Assembly (NCBI GenBank): GCA_002633005.1 | Contig: NMRA01000066.1 | Coordinates: 310,001 to 374,000, forward strand | DNA length: 64,000 nt | Direction of reading: 5' to 3' | DNA from: Phoronis australis | Taxonomy: Eukaryota; Animalia; Phoronida | Shown here: piece after piece, positions 62,801 to 64,000 of the stretch | Layout of the letters: the number at the start of each line of letters is the position of its first letter | Position numbering within the stretch: the first letter of the stretch is position 1 | Translations under genes and position numbers: made by a program | The notes under the pieces: model-generated | What the model was told of the DNA's origin: nothing | What the model saw: only the letters and a program-made list of their open reading frames with translations | Database searches by the model: none

Positions 62801-63597
62801 TTTGATCAGCTAATAATGCGGAACTAGGAACTAAGGGAAAGTGTGTATTTTGGTAAATGAAAGAGTATGTGTATTTTGTTAATAAAAGACATATTGCTCC
62901 GCTGCCTTGACAATACGTATCGGAGATGGTGATCGGATTTCTATTCATTAGCAGGCTACCTATCTTCTAGCGGATCACCCTGTATGTCTTTATCAAATCA
63001 CGCAATTAACATGCCACTGTTCAGCATACCTGTCTTTAGTTTTGGAGTAAAACCTTTATTCTCGCAGACAACTGGAAGCATTTCGTCACAAGGTCTCGTT
63101 CTTAAAGTCTTCACTGTTCCATTCAGATTTAAAGACACACAATCACCTGTCTTTGTGAATGGTGTCGGAAAAGAGCTCCTGGCAAAAGAAATTTACTATA
63201 TCACTGCAAGATTCGACCACTTGTATGTTCTCTACAAGGCGAAGCTATTCATACACTGTAATTCTAAAGATCACAAATAAAAAGTTTAGCGATGCCCACG
63301 TGTTTCATGATAGGTGCCGCTAGAGTAAAATTACGAATAAATCAGGCTCACATAAGGAGTCGAACTATTCGCCATAATAAAGTAGTTTAGAAACGTTCGC
63401 AGAACTGGTGCAGAAATCTAAAACAAAGTAACAAATTCTTCCCTTAATCTAACTGCGATCTTGACATAGAATTTAGACGGCAGGAAATTAAGATACTTAC
63501 GACCACTTCATGTTTAGCAGTGGAATTCCGTCCCAGTAAAATTTGCCGCTTTCATCATCGAAATGACCCCCAGTCCAATAGTCGCCAGAATGTAGAA
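24219..63597 (-). CDS. Adhesion GPCR paralog B (ADGRG-like 7TM; CTL-CTL-Ig-like-SEA-like-HormR-GAIN/GPS-7TM); 5' end beyond the window
   Basis: 20 phase-consistent exons (about 1430 codons): 63501-63597, 63030-63178, 62381-62575, 61773-62015, 61266-61416, 60572-60693, 58223-58442, 56609-56769, 56240-56338, 54699-54829, 40063-40212, 39688-39782, 38897-39168, 35808-36013, 35392-35538, 33900-34654, 33080-33351, 28065-28128, 25221-25417, 24219-24775. GPS motif CGYWD...CMCDHL/TNFALL; 7TM motifs LHY..L.SFAWMLVEG, WG.P, CWL, LLGITWVFG, NSLQGFFIF. Confidence 0.92.
24884..25075 (-). pseudogene. Decayed duplicate of the acceptor and 5' part of the terminal TM6/TM7 exon
   Basis: TTGCAG|GGATTACTTG-TTTGGATTCCTTGCC aligns with TTGTAG|GGATTACCTGGGTATTTGGATTCCTTGCG; 4-nt deletion and stop codons. 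Confidence 0.7.
25221..25417 (-). CDS. aGPCR B exon, ECL2-TM5-ICL3-TM6 start
   Basis: CWLSRDLFYFAFMVPVCTVIFVNSVIFVLVI...LFLLG. Confidence 0.92.
25551..25764. repeat. Near-perfect 214-bp palindrome (about 100-bp arms, 15-nt spacer) within an insert flanked by a 14-bp direct repeat
   Basis: Arms 25551-25651 and 25667-25764 differ by one mismatch and a 3-nt indel; TTAATTCGTCATGA at 25534-25547 and 25840-25853. Confidence 0.9.
26148..26189. repeat. (TG)n/(CGTG)n compound microsatellite
   Basis: Direct reading. Confidence 0.9.
28065..28128 (-). CDS. aGPCR B exon, TM4
   Basis: VPLLFTVIPLAVNPGLYGGK; phase 1-2 bridges the neighbouring exons. Confidence 0.85.
28778..32020 (+). mobile_element. Degenerate Tx1/L1-clade non-LTR retrotransposon: ORF1 remnant, endonuclease region missing, RT with internal inversion, C-terminal zinc-binding motif
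   Basis: ORF1: EQYSRRNCLVIHGVEE...DRTHRLG...PRPIIAKF. ORF2: ESGERPTKYFCNLE, LKNWRPITLLN, IDFEKAFDSVSW (inverted), GCRSGDP, QYADDTT, CTFC...ETLEHL..EC. Many stops and frameshifts. Confidence 0.9.
32934..32987 (+). ncRNA. Putative type III hammerhead ribozyme
   Basis: TCGATG-TC | TTAT-TGTTT-ATAA | CTGATGA-T | GTCT-AATGAAC-AGAC | GAAA-CGTTGA: complete CUGAUGA/GAAA core, GUC cleavage triplet, three pairable stems (two G-U pairs in stem III). Confidence 0.6.
33080..33351 (-). CDS. aGPCR B exon, ICL1-TM2-TM3-ICL2
   Basis: QQTIFNLSLALLL...CIAVAVLLHYLILVSFAWMLVEG...LLAWG; an alternative in-phase acceptor would start the exon at 33342. Confidence 0.92.
33900..34654 (-). CDS. aGPCR B exon: end of Stachel, long acidic repeat stalk, TM1
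   Basis: 755-nt open exon from strong acceptor TTGCTTCTTAG|GATGTG to donor GTGAGT; ends KLALSVISIAGLSLSIVGLLCTIVTFLLSR. Confidence 0.82.
34079..34441 (-). repeat. Coding 33-bp tandem repeat, 11 units (about VNGTGVDQGQD) with a 99-bp higher-order period
   Basis: Direct reading of DNA and translation. Confidence 0.9.
35392..35538 (-). CDS. aGPCR B exon, GPS motif
   Basis: TVCGYWDYQLGDFSQEGCWSNGTVGLRHVCMCDHLTNFALLL, with canonical HL/T autoproteolysis site. Confidence 0.95.
35808..36013 (-). CDS. aGPCR B exon, GAIN subdomain B
   Basis: TSFILYNNWKLFQ...SKVISAKI...NLEDPLTTSF; not in the ORF track. Confidence 0.9.
38897..39168 (-). CDS. aGPCR B exon, GAIN domain
   Basis: LTRAMEIIT...PNIAI...TIKLPMSLV; phase 2-1. 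Confidence 0.88.
39688..39782 (-). CDS. aGPCR B exon, GAIN subdomain A
   Basis: VVKNVLHIFDNVMRANDSVIANSQEVDGASSR. Confidence 0.88.
40063..40212 (-). CDS. aGPCR B exon, GAIN subdomain A
   Basis: VAFNVSNIKSLTKEIAEVTSNASTELNYADIIYVSRMVSRV...SQQ. Confidence 0.88.
40342..44049. mobile_element. ISL2EU-like (PIF/Harbinger group) non-autonomous DNA transposon, copy 1
   Basis: TIRs GAGGGTATTCGGA / TCCGAATAGCCCT with subterminal TGTACTAGTGGTGAT, AT on both flanks. THAP remnant on minus (43720-43944: HKFPKD...W...VCSMHF). YqaJ exonuclease remnants on plus (AVLHG...AVEK, GMFV...LYL, VQGQIL, about 42030-42370). Confidence 0.8.
44210..44620 (+). promoter_or_regulatory. Candidate upstream regulatory region of the LRAT-family gene with kB-, GATA- and ETS-like motifs
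   Basis: GGAATTTCCC at 44592-44601, several GATAA/TTATC sites, CAGGAAG and CGGAAGT; motif match only. Confidence 0.35.
44660..45874 (+). CDS. LRAT/PLAAT (HRASLS)-family permuted NlpC/P60 protein with C-terminal hydrophobic Gly-rich segment; single ORF nested antisense in an aGPCR B intron
   Basis: 404 aa from the first ATG (44660): LKPGEHL..YWHHAL...VTHL (two His), ARSLLGKKDYNIFFKNCEHFVRWAKQG (NCEHF catalytic Cys), C-terminal LIGAFGGMVLGAIISATVYYLIL. Confidence 0.88.
   Translation: MQSASTKNREYGKSTSLASELSYASAESETHGTLQPHEFDESPQTSNLGDTSEINWEVTDSGFRTNFDMDDCLYSHELPDLYYSSYEKETRTKYLKCEGRHKGCGFMWTIDDVDQFKDNITSTPITEDCWHRLKPGEHLKFYNHAGDYWHHALFESYDSETREVTVTHLSNEEKEAIQSLGRASSSKASPYKASVRTERKQVSPKVTVYREIYAKNDCFDPQLCLENARSLLGKKDYNIFFKNCEHFVRWAKQGRPRSSQVNDFVIQKRNRTFAMVGHNLARAICKRLKFAPDMFLPTTFIRDLAKILPVLTSVGIEITMIVVEVRKQYKRYEAGEIIFDELRTFTIKRITESSAQCLTSIIETTTANTKEAIVRGILKSLIGAFGGMVLGAIISATVYYLILQ
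46089..46152. repeat. (TTA)n microsatellite
   Basis: Direct reading. Confidence 0.95.
47773..47858. repeat. Two adjacent perfect-stem inverted repeats
   Basis: CACTTGTGACAAG..CTTGTCACAAGTG (47773-47812) and ACGAATAGATACGAGC..GCTCGTATCTATTCGT (47817-47858). Confidence 0.9.
49628..49760. mobile_element. MITE related to the element at 12710-12868
   Basis: CAGGGGCAGATCCAGGAT start and shared internal CGAACTGCCAA...GAAGAATTT. Confidence 0.6.
50622..53443. mobile_element. ISL2EU-like non-autonomous DNA transposon, copy 2 (same orientation as copy 1, lacking about 0.9 kb)
   Basis: AT|GGGGCTATTCGGA ... TCCGAATAGTCCC|AT; colinear with 40342-44049 except for the segment about 41110-41990. Confidence 0.82.
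54699..54829 (-). CDS. aGPCR B exon, HormR-like second half
   Basis: GQPLGELTCVGNFTIGLSWVSPRVIPCNEQESSVTGTLRNLSK. Confidence 0.85.
55503..56150. repeat. Diverged inverted pair of a roughly 190-bp repeat (about 55503-55690 and 55975-56150)
   Basis: TTCCGTTCGTATCCT...GACATTCAAC...TACTTGTTTCATTCTCAA mirrored by TTGAGAATGAAACAAGTA...GTTGAATGTC...AGGATACGAACGGAA. Confidence 0.7.
56240..56338 (-). CDS. aGPCR B exon, HormR-like first half
   Basis: EYCYPTRITDGDVMITFPMSSPGTIPSEQICGT; 99 nt. Confidence 0.85.
56609..56769 (-). CDS. aGPCR B exon, SEA-like C-half
   Basis: TSGLGVDFRLTT...HIDLQSIILLSA. Confidence 0.82.
57050..57270. repeat. Low-complexity (GGT/GTT/GAT) tract including 4x GATGGTGTTGGC
   Basis: Direct reading; intronic. 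Confidence 0.85.
58223..58442 (-). CDS. aGPCR B exon, SEA-like N-half
   Basis: TRSFVGSLKMPNSTFGESHALYNWF...VVVSFNNL. Confidence 0.82.
60572..60693 (-). CDS. aGPCR B exon, Ig-like C-half
   Basis: SESGDTKVVGADDFGVFICEAWNYKPFSAVRSPAVVIKQF. Confidence 0.85.
61266..61416 (-). CDS. aGPCR B exon, Ig-like N-half
   Basis: PVSIIEQPSDEV...TCAPAGDFFAVSSRVNGLPTQ. Confidence 0.82.
61773..62015 (-). CDS. aGPCR B exon, C-type lectin 2 C-half
   Basis: DKTYIGLSFDGNFKWSDG...FCYVM...VPCTELHPFICEK. Confidence 0.88.
62381..62575 (-). CDS. aGPCR B exon, C-type lectin 2 N-half
   Basis: CGSGWLGAVHLDICYKHHSEPLLYADAEQRCQNESGHLA. Confidence 0.88.
63030..63178 (-). CDS. aGPCR B exon, C-type lectin 1 C-part
   Basis: FPTPFTKTGDCVSLNLNGTVKTLRTRPCDEMLPVVCENKGF. 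Confidence 0.85.
63501..63597 (-). CDS. aGPCR B exon, C-type lectin 1 middle
   Basis: LHSGDYWTGGHFDDESGKFYWDGIPLLNMKW. Confidence 0.85.
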
Positions 63598-64000
63598 CTA
63601 AAACAACACTAAGTGAGTAAAAAACAAACATACAGCCATCCTTGTTTCTAGTAGCCTTGGTGCTCCATCAATATAGGATTCACCACATTCGTAGTGGATT
63701 TATAGGGTGCTCTTTCTTTGTGTCTTTTTATCATTTCGGTTCTTGGTCAGCTTTCGACCTAGGGTGTATCCTTCTTATTTTGTATTCCGCGCATACACGT
63801 CACAGTTATCCAGAGGAAACCCGTATTCACACGAAATGATAAAATGCTTTCATAGAGTTAACACATTTTTATTGTATGCCTTTTCATGGTCAGATTCAAA
63901 TTTAAGATCGACACCTTTAGTAACTTGGTCCGCCGTTTTGACGGTACTTTAAGTCGATCGACCAAGGATTTCTTACTCCCCGAGGTACATGTAGGTGTAC

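Noticed and set aside
1-64000. Frequent TACATGTA octamer
   Set aside because: Dispersed and unclustered; probably a genome-wide compositional trait rather than a local element

Overview
AT-rich, intron-containing animal DNA, probably a marine invertebrate (inference from exon-intron structure, microsatellites and frequent TACATGTA). The window is dominated by two tandem, minus-strand, paralogous adhesion GPCR genes, reconstructed by hand from GT-AG splice sites and phase-consistent exons. Gene B runs from beyond 64000 to its stop at 24219: 2x C-type lectin, truncated Ig-like, SEA-like, HormR-like, GAIN/GPS, 7TM. Gene A runs from about 13.5-17.2 kb off the left edge with the same exon series. 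Main unusual points: (1) in gene B a roughly 220-aa acidic stalk containing 11x11-aa repeats sits between the GPS/Stachel tethered agonist and TM1; (2) a 14.5-kb intron of gene B (413 bp in the paralog) holds an antisense, single-ORF LRAT/PLAAT-family gene with an intact H/H/C triad, between two direct copies of an ISL2EU-like (THAP + YqaJ) transposon; (3) a well-formed type III hammerhead ribozyme fold lies antisense in an intron; (4) a signal-peptide exon plus a 10-Cys VWC-like exon form either a small secreted protein gene or the N-terminus of gene A. Also present: a Tx1/L1-like LINE with an internal micro-inversion, a hAT relic, MITEs, a 214-bp palindrome and simple repeats. No database searches were run. 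Family assignments rest on recognised motifs.
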